Below the pieces are notes generated by a model. That model did no database searches, was not told where the DNA came from, and was given only the letters and a program-made list of their open reading frames with translations. Source: a virus (taxonomy: Duplodnaviria > Caudoviricetes). Taken from it: 60,530 nucleotides of DNA. Below are positions 48,995-59,186 of this stretch, piece by piece (within the stretch, counting starts at the first letter, position 1; each line of letters starts with the position of its first letter). Both the position numbers and the translations under genes were made by a program. The stretch lies in the IMG/VR virus record IMGVR_UViG_3300042938_000567, positions 1 through 60,530 of that record; one strand, 5' to 3'.

Positions 48995-50869
48995 TTAAGG
49001 TCTTGTATATGCACCGCCGATTTTGAAATTAGCCGTGAATGTTGTATTTGCAGTAAGTGTTGATGCTGTATTTCCTGTAGTAAATACTCCAACACATTGA
49101 GAATATAACGCGGAATCAACTCCAACAAATACATATTTCCCATTTTGGACTGTAGCTGCATTTGATAGCGTTGCTTGAACAGGGGCAGATAATGACCCAT
49201 ATGAAAATGGATATGTAATTGTAGTTGTTGCTGTAGATGCTCCATTTAATATGGTGGCAGAAGCAGCAATATTTATTTCTGGGAAAAAGAAATCCGCTCC
49301 ACTTGCAACAGTTCCAGCCTGCACTCTAAACACTTGAATTGATGACAACATCGTTGAGTGTATATTTAAATCTTTAATAAGAAACGGCCCAGTTGTTCCT
49401 GTGTATACTAATGGTGATCCTGTTCCTACAGATGATTGTTGAATGATAGCTAATAGTCCACTACAATCATTGATATAAGTATTATTCTCCATTGTAATGC
49501 TTGGTTGCACTAATGGCCTAGCATAGTGTGTTCCAACAAACACAATCATTCCTTGATTAGCATTAACAACAATTTCATTGTTTGTTATTTGAGTATGATA
49601 ATAATAATTTATTTTTTCCCAAAAAGAGGTAGACATAGTTCCAATAACTTTATTTGAAGTTGATGAACCCATGCTTATGTAGTTTTTATCAATAATAAAA
49701 TTACTACCAACAATTTCGGTGAAATATATTCCCGGCCCACTTGGGGCTGCAAATATTTTATTATTAATATAATTTACATATTCACCAGCAATTTCTGCTC
49801 CACCATATATTTCATTGTTTTGATATGTTATTCTGGAACAATTTCCATGAACATCTGCGCTAATATCAGAAACTAATTGATCGCTTTGTGTTTTTGAATT
49901 TTGGATTGTTACAAATTTTGTTCCAGTGTCACCATGTCCACCTAACGAAATCCCATGAACAGTACCATAACAATTACATTTATCAATCAACACGCTTTGA
50001 GAATCATCAATTACAATTCCATATCTATTATCAGTAATGCCCGTTGCAGTGCAAGTTGCTTTACTTTTTTTAATAGCGCAATCTATTGAGTTTCTTATGG
50101 ATAATGATGCGCTTGAGCCACCTGAAAACTTTGAGTTTTCAATATAAGAATTTTTTGTGTATTCTAAAATACATGAATATGTTGCGCTATTTGTTGATAC
50201 AACTTCTAAATCCCGTATAGTAATTTCTACTGGAGTAATTTTTTTGACGCTTATATTTGCACCAGTTGACCATAGTGCAACTGAATTTTCATCAGTCGTA
50301 ATTGTATTTCCAACCACGCTTCTTACATTAAACAATTGTCCAGTTTTGTAATAACTTCTGTGAAGCGAAAAACTAAAATCTGTAGTATTGATTAATTGCA
50401 TTACACTTCCAGAAACAAATGAACCTCCAGTAACTGAAAATACATTTGTTCCAAAACTTGGAGCAGATGCAAGTGTGTATTGCGTTGAATCTATTACTCC
50501 CTTAAAAGCTAGGTAGCCAGTAGTGAAATTTAACTTTGAGCCATTTCCTATAATTTGAACATCCTTCGATGTAATCTCAATTCCAGAACTGCAAGTGTAT
50601 TCTCCTTTTGGGAAAATAATTGTTTTCCCTGTATTTAATGCGTCTTCAATTGCTTGTCTGCTATCAACTGCCCCAGTAGGATCGGCTCCAAAGTCCAATA
50701 CATTCACCACATCAGCGAAACGATTAGCCAGCGAACGAGCAGTTGTGCTTCCAGTAGCGGTTGCTGTAAGCGAACTACCATTGCCATTCAATCCAATGAA
50801 ATTACCAGAGATGTCTCCTCCAGTTACATTGCCAAACAAACCTGATGTTCCGTCGAGAATTAGTGCCAT
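48995..50869 (-). CDS. Tailspike (beta-helix) 3
   Basis: VNVLDFGADPTGAVDSRQAIE..IFPKGEY. Confidence 0.85.
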   Translation of the reverse strand: MALILDGTSGLFGNVTGGDISGNFIGLNGNGSSLTATATGSTTARSLANRFADVVNVLDFGADPTGAVDSRQAIEDALNTGKTIIFPKGEYTCSSGIEITSKDVQIIGNGSKLNFTTGYLAFKGVIDSTQYTLASAPSFGTNVFSVTGGSFVSGSVMQLINTTDFSFSLHRSYYKTGQLFNVRSVVGNTITTDENSVALWSTGANISVKKITPVEITIRDLEVVSTNSATYSCILEYTKNSYIENSKFSGGSSASLSIRNSIDCAIKKSKATCTATGITDNRYGIVIDDSQSVLIDKCNCYGTVHGISLGGHGDTGTKFVTIQNSKTQSDQLVSDISADVHGNCSRITYQNNEIYGGAEIAGEYVNYINNKIFAAPSGPGIYFTEIVGSNFIIDKNYISMGSSTSNKVIGTMSTSFWEKINYYYHTQITNNEIVVNANQGMIVFVGTHYARPLVQPSITMENNTYINDCSGLLAIIQQSSVGTGSPLVYTGTTGPFLIKDLNIHSTMLSSIQVFRVQAGTVASGADFFFPEINIAASATILNGASTATTTITYPFSYGSLSAPVQATLSNAATVQNGKYVFVGVDSALYSQCVGVFTTGNTASTLTANTTFTANFKIGGAYTRP

Positions 50870-50873
50870 AATA

Positions 50874-51179
50874 TTATACGATTGTGTAGGTGCTTCCTGA
50901 TGGAACTGTTAATACAACTCCGGGGTTTACTGTGATTGGCCCTGCTGACATGGCATTGCGTCCAGTTGTGATGGTGTAGTCTGTTACCATTACTTGGTCA
51001 TTCTCGTAGAATACTCCAAAGGTATTTCCACCAGTAGGGGCTTTGCCGCCAGATGATCCTCCCGCCGCTTCTACAGCGATACGGGCGTAGTAAGCTGCGC
51101 GATCAGCAATCGCATTCATTGCGGACTCACTTGGGCCGCATGGATTGCATTTAGAACTTCTGGAATTTCCGCAACTCAT
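50874..51179 (-). CDS. Tail fibre adaptor
   Basis: FYENDQ..YTIT.GRNAMSAGPITVN..LTVPSGS domain. Confidence 0.65.
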   Translation of the reverse strand: MSCGNSRSSKCNPCGPSESAMNAIADRAAYYARIAVEAAGGSSGGKAPTGGNTFGVFYENDQVMVTDYTITTGRNAMSAGPITVNPGVVLTVPSGSTYTIV

Positions 51180-51185
51180 AGTTGA

Positions 51186-51201
51186 TTATCGTTAACGATA
51201 G
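51186..51201. promoter_or_regulatory. Palindrome variant, 1 mismatch
   Basis: TTATCGTTAACGATAG immediately upstream of the ATG at 51179. Confidence 0.7.
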
Positions 51202-51237
51202 GGTTAATTGTTGTCATTGCAAGGATTATTTTTGAAA

Positions 51238-52137
<900 letters not shown>

Positions 52138-52141
52138 AATT

Positions 52142-52157
52142 TTATCGTTAACGATAA
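52142..52157. promoter_or_regulatory. TTATCG-N4-CGATAA palindrome
   Basis: TTATCGTTAACGATAA immediately upstream of the ATG at 52137. Confidence 0.85.
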
Positions 52158-52168
52158 TTTAGCTTCAG

Positions 52169-52711
52169 TCAAGTCGTTTCCACTAATAGATAGGGAATTG
52201 TCTTTTGATTGTATCTAGTCATTTCTGAATAGACTAAATTGATGAATCCGTCCCATTGCGGCGGGTAGATCGTTTGGCAACCCAACGACGATGTGGTGTT
52301 GTATCCTCCCCGATGTATGTTAATAGCGATTCCCATATCGTCTCCAACCCCATCCCGTGTGACTGGCAGTTCTTCTTTTGCGTTAGAAGGTCGAAGCGCA
52401 GGGTAGCCGCCTCCGGGTTTACTAATGCCATGATGCCCCTTACGGAACCGATGAATGCCCGTTTTGAGAACCGCGATACCCTTCTTATGAACTGACGGAT
52501 CAGTATTCGCATTGAAAGTAGCATGAACAGAAGGAGATAAAAGTATAATCGCATCATCGTAGATACCCCTATCGTTCTTTCCCTTCTCTCCCATAGTATC
52601 ACGATAATAGCCTCTAATACCAACCAAAGCAACACGATCAACGATTCCCGATTTGATTACCATCGAGAGCGTCTTCTCCTTTGCTTGCTGCGGTCGGGAG
52701 TTTGGAACCAT
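52169..52711 (-). CDS. Putative endolysin (YkuD/L,D-transpeptidase-like H..C motif)
   Basis: INIHRGG...SLGCQ; adjacent to holin-like genes. Confidence 0.6.
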   Translation of the reverse strand: MVPNSRPQQAKEKTLSMVIKSGIVDRVALVGIRGYYRDTMGEKGKNDRGIYDDAIILLSPSVHATFNANTDPSVHKKGIAVLKTGIHRFRKGHHGISKPGGGYPALRPSNAKEELPVTRDGVGDDMGIAINIHRGGYNTTSSLGCQTIYPPQWDGFINLVYSEMTRYNQKTIPYLLVETT

Positions 52712-52884
52712 TAGCCTTTACGAACTACATTGATTAATCCAACAAGCCCTAGTCCTGCGACGATGATAGACTCTTGGAGTTCTGGTTCGATTTTAACCCC
52801 AACTGCAATAGCAATTAGGATCAGTCCGCGCCATGTGGAGTTTTCGCTCAGTTTTTCGAGTAGTGTAGTTAGTAGGTTTTTCAT
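52711..52884 (-). CDS. Holin-like membrane protein
   Basis: LSENSTWRGLILI.. with two TM segments, 57 aa. Confidence 0.65.
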   Translation of the reverse strand: MKNLLTTLLEKLSENSTWRGLILIAIAVGVKIEPELQESIIVAGLGLVGLINVVRKG

Positions 52885-53048
52885 TTTTTTAATCCTTTGA
52901 TTTCTGGTAGTTCGTAACATAGTGTACCATAGTCTGTTTTGAAGCATACGCTAGGTGCTTTAAACCCTGCACATCCCGTTAAGAATGCCATGCCCAAAAA
53001 GATAAATGATATTACTATCATTGCTACTACTATTTTTTTTGCGTTCAT
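52881..53048 (-). CDS. Lipoprotein (spanin-like)
   Basis: Translated by hand: MNAKKIVV...FLTGC lipobox, 55 aa. Confidence 0.6.
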   Translation of the reverse strand: MNAKKIVVAMIVISFIFLGMAFLTGCAGFKAPSVCFKTDYGTLCYELPEIKGLKK

Positions 53049-53221
53049 TTTTTAATTATTTGTTTTGTCATGTAGATGCACGTTAGGACACCAGCAATAA
53101 TGCTAATGATTCCGCCCCCGATTCTAATTGACGCTTCTATTTCTGGTAACATACTTACTATAAATCCTGTTGTCGAGATGACAGTACCCATTAATCCGTG
53201 TGATGTGGCGTTATCGTTCAT
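53045..53221 (-). CDS. Small two-TM protein (holin/antiholin-like)
   Basis: Hydrophobic protein in the lysis cluster. Confidence 0.5.
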   Translation of the reverse strand: MNDNATSHGLMGTVISTTGFIVSMLPEIEASIRIGGGIISIIAGVLTCIYMTKQIIKK

Positions 53222-53225
53222 TTTA

Positions 53226-54746
53226 TTATGGGCCAACAATTACATACAACGTATTTGGGTCTGGGGTCACGATTAAATCGTAGCCAGTTTGGGTGATTTC
53301 AACGAGATTGGTCAGTTGTGTTGCCTGTGTTAGACCAGTAATATCCGAGAGAACGATGTTTGCTGGGGTAACCCCCGTGGCTCCTGTGGCTCCGATCCCT
53401 GTGGCTCCAGTTGCACCTGTTGCTCCCTGTAATGCAGGAGACAATGAAGTAATTGCTTGAGCAATATTACTATTTTCAAAATGCATTGTTATTGTTCTTC
53501 CGCCAAGATCAATGGCGTAAAATTTAATAACAATTCTATCTGTAACTAAAATATTTGTTGCAGGAACTGGAATAGACCAAAGGTAAAGTTCATTAATTGT
53601 TCCACTCGTAATTGAATGAGGATTAGAAATATTTGTTGCAATTAATGTTTCTGTTCCTGCAAGGTTGCGATAATAAACCTCTCCATAAATTGCTGGTGTT
53701 CCACCATTGGAATTCATGGAAACATAAGTTTCAAAATTCCAATTCCCAGATGGAATATTTATTGCATTAGGATCATTAGCAATTGTAGCAAACGAACCAA
53801 TCAATTGTGTTCCTGCACCAGTTGCTGTTAATGTCGTTCCAACCCCAATAACAAGGTTGCGATTCATTTCATAATATCCAAGGATACTTGAAGAATCAGA
53901 AGGATTGAAATAATACACCGCACCAGAACTAAATCCTTGTGGCCCTTGTAATCCAGTAGCCCCAGTGCTACCTTCCAAACCAGTGCTTCCCGTGGCCCCT
54001 CTAACCCCGGTCAAACCAGTGGCCCCTGTGCTTCCGATATCTCCAGAAACCCCTGTTGCTCCAGTACTTCCAACATCTCCTTGCAAGCCAGTCGCACCTG
54101 TGCTTCCGACATCCCCAATAATGCCGCTCGCTCCCGTGGCTCCGACATCCCCTTGGACTCCAGTGGCTCCTGTGCTTCCGACATCTCCTTGGATTCCAGT
54201 GCTTCCCGTGGCTCCAGCATCTCCTTGCACTCCAGTGGCCCCTGTGCTGCCGTCATTTCCAGCAACCCCAGTAGCCCCATCTGGGCCAGTAGCACCACCA
54301 TCAGCAACTGGTGTCCATGAGGCATTAATTGAACCGGGTGTTGGAGGAAAGCCGGGGTTTAGTGGGTTACCAGTTCTGTAATAATACCCACCAAGATAAG
54401 TGACTGCTGCACCAAGGTTATAAGAAAATCCATTGTCGTATACTGTCGCTGGCAATGTCCAAGGAGTTGGCCCTTGTATGCCCGTAGCCCCCGTGCTGCC
54501 GTCATTTCCCGCAATACCAGTGCTTCCCGTACTACCCTGCAAACCCACCCCAGTGGCCCCAGTCGCTCCGTCATTTCCAGCAACCCCCGTGGCTCCTGTG
54601 GTTCCAGTCCCAGTTGGGCCTGTGCTTCCCGTGGCCCCTGTTGGGCCTCCAGATGGCCCTGTGGCTCCCGTGGCCCCGACTGCTGCGCTGGCTTGACTTC
54701 CAGTAAAATCTAGTTTGCCAGTAAATGGGTTAAATGTGAGTGCCAT
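53226..54746 (-). CDS. Collagen-like fibre protein, copy B
   Basis: G-X-Y repeats with an inserted Trp/Tyr module, globular domain, C-terminal [10 protein letters not shown]. Confidence 0.88.
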   Translation of the reverse strand: MALTFNPFTGKLDFTGSQASAAVGATGATGPSGGPTGATGSTGPTGTGTTGATGVAGNDGATGATGVGLQGSTGSTGIAGNDGSTGATGIQGPTPWTLPATVYDNGFSYNLGAAVTYLGGYYYRTGNPLNPGFPPTPGSINASWTPVADGGATGPDGATGVAGNDGSTGATGVQGDAGATGSTGIQGDVGSTGATGVQGDVGATGASGIIGDVGSTGATGLQGDVGSTGATGVSGDIGSTGATGLTGVRGATGSTGLEGSTGATGLQGPQGFSSGAVYYFNPSDSSSILGYYEMNRNLVIGVGTTLTATGAGTQLIGSFATIANDPNAINIPSGNWNFETYVSMNSNGGTPAIYGEVYYRNLAGTETLIATNISNPHSITSGTINELYLWSIPVPATNILVTDRIVIKFYAIDLGGRTITMHFENSNIAQAITSLSPALQGATGATGATGIGATGATGVTPANIVLSDITGLTQATQLTNLVEITQTGYDLIVTPDPNTLYVIVGP

Positions 54747-54778
54747 AGTTTATTATTAATCGTTGCATTGCGTTTTTG

Positions 54779-54994
54779 TCAAGCGGTTATCTCAACCTCA
54801 ACAGGCCAAGACAATCCTTCTTTCACTATCTGTTTTTCGCACTCTTCATGCGTTCCCACAAACAATGTGCTTTGAGTTGCGATTGACACGTTGGTTTCTT
54901 CGTAAAAGATAATTACTTTGTCCGCATAGACCAATTTCCAGTTGCCTGTAGAATCATCGTATGACCAACCATTTTCGTTTGGAGGAATTATCAT
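54779..54994 (-). CDS. Small virion-cassette protein
   Basis: Paralogue of 917-1132. Confidence 0.75.
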   Translation of the reverse strand: MIIPPNENGWSYDDSTGNWKLVYADKVIIFYEETNVSIATQSTLFVGTHEECEKQIVKEGLSWPVEVEITA

Positions 54995-55854
54995 GGGACT
55001 GTTACTGCGAGAGTTGAGGTTGCAGAAGTATAGGTTGCTGTAGTTCCAACTGGAACACCAACCAAGGTTACTGATGGGTATGAATTTGTTGTTGATCCTT
55101 GGAAAAAACGAAATGTTGTTGTTCCAGATGGAGGTGAAACATTAAACGAAACTGAAAGACCAGTAGTAAATGATGCCGTTGCTGTTGATGCTCCAGTTGT
55201 TTTTAAGGCACGGAGCGTTCCAGCACTAATCGTTGTTGAACCTGTGTAACTCAAAGTTCCGTTTAATCGAAGCTGCCCTGTTGATGTTTTGCTAATACTT
55301 CCGCTACCAGCAATATTACCCGGAATTGTTAGTATAACCGTCGCGACATTAACGCGGAATTGCAAAGATTGTGCGGCATTTATTTGGAAATCATTTGATA
55401 GCGTTGATGTCGCAGTACAAACTATTTGCGATGGCCCAGCAGATGTAAACAACCCTGTTCCAAAAGCGTTATTTTTCGAAAATGTAATTGTGCCTGTTGC
55501 CGCAGATGGAGCAGATAATGTTCCTCCCGAATAGGTATTGCTACCTCCAATGGTTAAAGCTGTTGATCCAGCTTTTGTTAGCGATCCTACTCCGCTGATT
55601 ACTCCATTCAAAGTTGATGCGGATGTAATTGCAAGAGAGCCAGCATTGATTTGAGTTGGCCCAGTATAGTTGCAAATTCCCGAAAGAGTCAGTCCACCAA
55701 TCCCGTTTTTGATTAAACCAGTTGTGCCAGTAATAGCGGTTGAGATTGTTGCGCTTAGATAGCACATAAACTGACGAAAAGATGCCGTTGAGGACGCTAT
55801 TGTGGTTGCATTGCTTGCCCCTACTTTTGCTGCGCTGGAATTAGTTAAAATCAT
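54991..55854 (-). CDS. PATR beta-strand repeat protein, copy B
   Basis: Paralogue of 1129-2004. Confidence 0.75.
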   Translation of the reverse strand: MILTNSSAAKVGASNATTIASSTASFRQFMCYLSATISTAITGTTGLIKNGIGGLTLSGICNYTGPTQINAGSLAITSASTLNGVISGVGSLTKAGSTALTIGGSNTYSGGTLSAPSAATGTITFSKNNAFGTGLFTSAGPSQIVCTATSTLSNDFQINAAQSLQFRVNVATVILTIPGNIAGSGSISKTSTGQLRLNGTLSYTGSTTISAGTLRALKTTGASTATASFTTGLSVSFNVSPPSGTTTFRFFQGSTTNSYPSVTLVGVPVGTTATYTSATSTLAVTVP

Positions 55855-56282
55855 GCAACGATTATAAGTTGAGTGATTGCTTCTTGCACAACGACATCAA
55901 ATGCAAATGGAGCGGAAGGCCATGTAGAGGTGACTGCATTTGGATTGAATGCTGCGGCAAGCGTAATTTCATCAAGCCATTGTCGGATAGCCGTGAGCTT
56001 CGGGGATGTTCCACCTTTGGAACGCAGTTTGCCTTCAAGGTCAAGGCAAGTTAGGAGGCGTAACGGGGTATAGGCTTGGTTTTCTAACCATTCTTCAGCC
56101 GTGTATGTGGGAGCGGAAGGGGTGATCCATTCTCCGTTTCCCCATGTGCAGTTGTCGCTAGGTTTGTCTGGGAGCGGGGCGTAGTCGTTGGCCTTGGGGT
56201 TGCCGTTTGCGGCCCATGCGGCGAGTGTTTCTGGCGCGAGGGTGACGAGTTCGTTGGTGGTGAGGTTATAGTAATTAGGCAT
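55851..56282 (-). CDS. Fibre-associated hypothetical protein
   Basis: MPNYYNLTT... start; TWGNGEWI motif. Confidence 0.55.
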   Translation of the reverse strand: MPNYYNLTTNELVTLAPETLAAWAANGNPKANDYAPLPDKPSDNCTWGNGEWITPSAPTYTAEEWLENQAYTPLRLLTCLDLEGKLRSKGGTSPKLTAIRQWLDEITLAAAFNPNAVTSTWPSAPFAFDVVVQEAITQLIIVA

Positions 56283-56913
56283 AAACGCGAGGATGGTTGG
56301 AGACGGTTGTGCTGGTATCTGTGAGTGCGGTTCCAGACATGACATCTTGGGTTTCTCTGACAAGCGGAATGTATGAAACAAGTTTGTCTGGACGCACCTT
56401 GTCGGGTGTCATTCCTTTGGCAATCGCGGCGACATCAGCACCTGACAATGCTTCCTGCCAAAGACCATATTCCGCGAAATCACCCGATGACCAGTAGTTG
56501 CCAGTTTCGGAGCGACCAAACCTAAGATTATTAATTCCCGCGTTATTTGATGTTGTGCTGGGTATTGTTAGATTAAAGCCTAGCGTAAGCAGACTTCCGT
56601 TTCTGTATAATTTCATTCTGTTTGAGTTACCTGTGAGCGATCCATCGAACACAAGAGCAAAATGATTCCATCCAGTAATGTTTTGAGCTACAAAAGCGTA
56701 TGAATTAGAATTATTTGCAACCACCGGATACAAAACATTATCCGAATAATGTGTTATAACAAAGCCATTGTTTACGACATCAGTAAAACCAACATTCTGT
56801 ATAGTTCCGCTCGTTGGCCTACGAATCCAACATGACATAGTAAGCTTTTGCTGGTTCTTGTGAACCGTATAGCTCCCGCTGATCTGCTGGTTGGTTGCAA
56901 ATGCCCGAGCCAT
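56275..56913 (-). CDS. LamG/concanavalin A-like domain protein
   Basis: TMSCWIR, WNHFALVFDG, KLYRNG, GDFAEYGLWQEALS. Confidence 0.8.
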   Translation of the reverse strand: MARAFATNQQISGSYTVHKNQQKLTMSCWIRRPTSGTIQNVGFTDVVNNGFVITHYSDNVLYPVVANNSNSYAFVAQNITGWNHFALVFDGSLTGNSNRMKLYRNGSLLTLGFNLTIPSTTSNNAGINNLRFGRSETGNYWSSGDFAEYGLWQEALSGADVAAIAKGMTPDKVRPDKLVSYIPLVRETQDVMSGTALTDTSTTVSNHPRVYA

Positions 56914-56914
56914 A

Positions 56915-57892
56915 TCAAGCCGCGCTCCTTACTTCGACAGAGATCAACTCGGCATCGCCCGTCATTGTGTCGTTGACGGCATCGCTGCCAACGCGAGAAA
57001 TTCGGAGACGGTAAGGTTCACCGACTGTCACGTTGTCGATGGTGGTCAGAGTGATGCTGGTCGTGGTGGGAATGCCGCTCGTTGCGTTTGCGGCTCCGTT
57101 TGCCTCGGTGGCGGTGTCGAATGAGTCTGCATCGAGATCGGTGTTACCACGTTCTAATGCTACTCTCCAGCGCACATTTCCGCTTGTTGCGGTGGTTGCC
57201 ATCCAAGTAACCCTTACGCTCAAACCGCTTGTTAAATTAGCGGATTCGGGGATGATTGCTGGGAATGTTGCGCTCTCAATGGTAGCAGCATCAAAATCGA
57301 GGACAGTTATGGAATTTCGTGTGTCTAGCGTTGCAAACAAAGTTGACGGCGGGTTATTATCGCGGGGAGCAAAAATAGCAAAAGTTTTCGTGCCAGAGGC
57401 TCCTGTAAGATTAGGATGAGATGTGCTGGCCTTTCCGTCAAGAGCCGTTTGAGTAGCCGTAGAAATCGGTTTATTTGAATCAGATGTGTTGTCAATATTG
57501 CTAAGTCCAACATCTGTTTTATCAAGTGTCACCGCTCCTGTGCGTGTATTAACTGATGTTACTCCAGATGCGCTTCCACTAATGTCGGAAAGCGTAGCAA
57601 TCGTACCAGATGCACTAGGAAAAGTGAAAGTTTTTGTAGAACCTCCTGCTGTTATTGTGAGGTTTCCGTTGTTTTGCAGTTCTAATAATTGACTGCTATC
57701 GGGGGAATAAATTTCGTCGTGCGAATGCACAGACATACCACCAATTTCTTGGATTGCACCCGTGGATGGATGCTTGGCATAGAGTTTTTTATCTGCGTGA
57801 TTTATGCAAATCTCACCAGATGCAAGGTCTCCGTTTGCAGGAACCCGCGCAGCAATTGTGCTTTTTTTAGGGACTAGGATTGGATTAGCCAT
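56915..57892 (-). CDS. Fibre/adaptor protein, copy B with a different C-terminal domain
   Basis: N-terminal ~155 aa match 2001-2588; unrelated C-terminus. Confidence 0.75.
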   Translation of the reverse strand: MANPILVPKKSTIAARVPANGDLASGEICINHADKKLYAKHPSTGAIQEIGGMSVHSHDEIYSPDSSQLLELQNNGNLTITAGGSTKTFTFPSASGTIATLSDISGSASGVTSVNTRTGAVTLDKTDVGLSNIDNTSDSNKPISTATQTALDGKASTSHPNLTGASGTKTFAIFAPRDNNPPSTLFATLDTRNSITVLDFDAATIESATFPAIIPESANLTSGLSVRVTWMATTATSGNVRWRVALERGNTDLDADSFDTATEANGAANATSGIPTTTSITLTTIDNVTVGEPYRLRISRVGSDAVNDTMTGDAELISVEVRSAA

Positions 57893-57950
57893 TATAGAAT
57901 GGGGTTGCCTTCAGAGGGGTCGAACCTCTGAAGGGCTTTGGGTTTAGGGA

Positions 57951-58622
57951 CTAGTAAGTTCCACCATCAATGGTGGTTTCGAGAGCAGTTACGCGAGTGT
58001 CAAGAGCCGAATCAGCCGATGTACGAGCCGAAACTTCGGAAGCCAAAGCAGCGTTGTTGCTCGTTACATAACCAGCGAAAGCCGAGTCGTTAGCAGTATC
58101 AACAGAGTTGATAAGGGAAACGATTTCAGCAAACGTGTCACTGTCTGCGCTTGCGGCAGAAAGGATTGCGTCGATGCGGTTTTTCTCAGTTGTGATTTTG
58201 CCGTCGAGGGCCGAATCAGCACTGGTGCGGTTGCTTGTCTCAGTGGAGAGATTACCAGCGATTACACCTTCAGCGGCGGTAGCGCGAGAAACCTCTGCTG
58301 AAACTGCCGATGTCAATGTGCTGTCAGCAGCAATACGAGCAGACTGTTCAGAAGAAAGATTGCTGGTGAGGGTGCTATCAGCACTGATACGAGCGGCTTC
58401 TTCTGCGGCGATAGCAGCAGTAAGAGTCGAGTTTGCAGCAGAAACAGCGGAGTCAGCATAGGCTTTGGTAGCGAATGTGCCTTCGCCGCCGACGATGAGT
58501 ACTGATCCGTCAGCTTTACCGACGAAGAGGTTTTTATTGGTTAGGTCGATTGCCAACTCTCCAGAAGAAAGACTTGCTGGAGCGGAAGAACCGCGTTTGA
58601 TACGAATGATTGGATTTGCCAT
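57951..58622 (-). CDS. Coiled-coil fibre protein, copy B
   Basis: Near-identical to 2647-3264 with one extra 18-aa repeat. Confidence 0.8.
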   Translation of the reverse strand: MANPIIRIKRGSSAPASLSSGELAIDLTNKNLFVGKADGSVLIVGGEGTFATKAYADSAVSAANSTLTAAIAAEEAARISADSTLTSNLSSEQSARIAADSTLTSAVSAEVSRATAAEGVIAGNLSTETSNRTSADSALDGKITTEKNRIDAILSAASADSDTFAEIVSLINSVDTANDSAFAGYVTSNNAALASEVSARTSADSALDTRVTALETTIDGGTY

Positions 58623-58678
58623 AGTTTTTTATTGTTTTTTTGGTTTGTTTTTTGGTTTTTCTGGTTGTTCAGAAAGGT

Positions 58679-58852
58679 TTAAGGTGCTGGACTATATTCT
58701 CCAGCATCAATTTCAGCTACATTTGTAAGTTCTCCGCTTTGGATTTGAGCAACTTCATTTCCATTAGGCAATGTGCCATCAACGCTGATTGCGAGCGAGG
58801 CACTTGGACTAAAGTCCAGCTTGCCAGTAAATGGATTGAATCTAACTGCCAT
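58679..58852 (-). CDS. 57-aa adaptor-like protein
   Basis: Paralogue of 3312-3488. Confidence 0.75.
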   Translation of the reverse strand: MAVRFNPFTGKLDFSPSASLAISVDGTLPNGNEVAQIQSGELTNVAEIDAGEYSPAP

Positions 58853-58853
58853 A

Positions 58854-59117
58854 CTATGCTATGCTGACCATTACTAAATTTGCGTCATTTACAGTAGGAG
58901 GCTGCACGGAATATGTCAATGTAAGAGTAGCGACAACAACAGATGCTTTGCTGTAAGCTACAGTTGCGATATTGTTCGACGAACCATAGTAAGTCAATGC
59001 AAGTGAATCGAATTCTGGGATTTGAAACCCCTGAACAGAGTATGCAATGTTTGAAATCCCATCTAGAGCAAGGTGACGGAATTTTGCGGTGTCGAGAATT
59101 GAAGGGATATCGTCCAT
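58854..59117 (-). CDS. Small virion protein
   Basis: C-terminal part paralogous to 3492-3767; N-terminus differs. Confidence 0.7.
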   Translation of the reverse strand: MDDIPSILDTAKFRHLALDGISNIAYSVQGFQIPEFDSLALTYYGSSNNIATVAYSKASVVVATLTLTYSVQPPTVNDANLVMVSIA

Positions 59118-59140
59118 ATGTGTGAATGTTAAACTGATGA

Positions 59141-59172
59141 GGTGGCAGAGTCAAGTTATTAACTCTGCCACC
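59141..59172 (-). terminator. Hairpin downstream of capsid gene B
   Basis: GGTGGCAGAGT...ACTCTGCCACC. Confidence 0.6.
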
Positions 59173-59186
59173 GATATCAATTTAAC

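Larger units (their letters stand above)
53674..59117 (-). repeat. Decoration/fibre cassette copy B
   Basis: Collinear paralogue of 1-3767 with an extra insertion at about 55851-57420. Confidence 0.9.
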
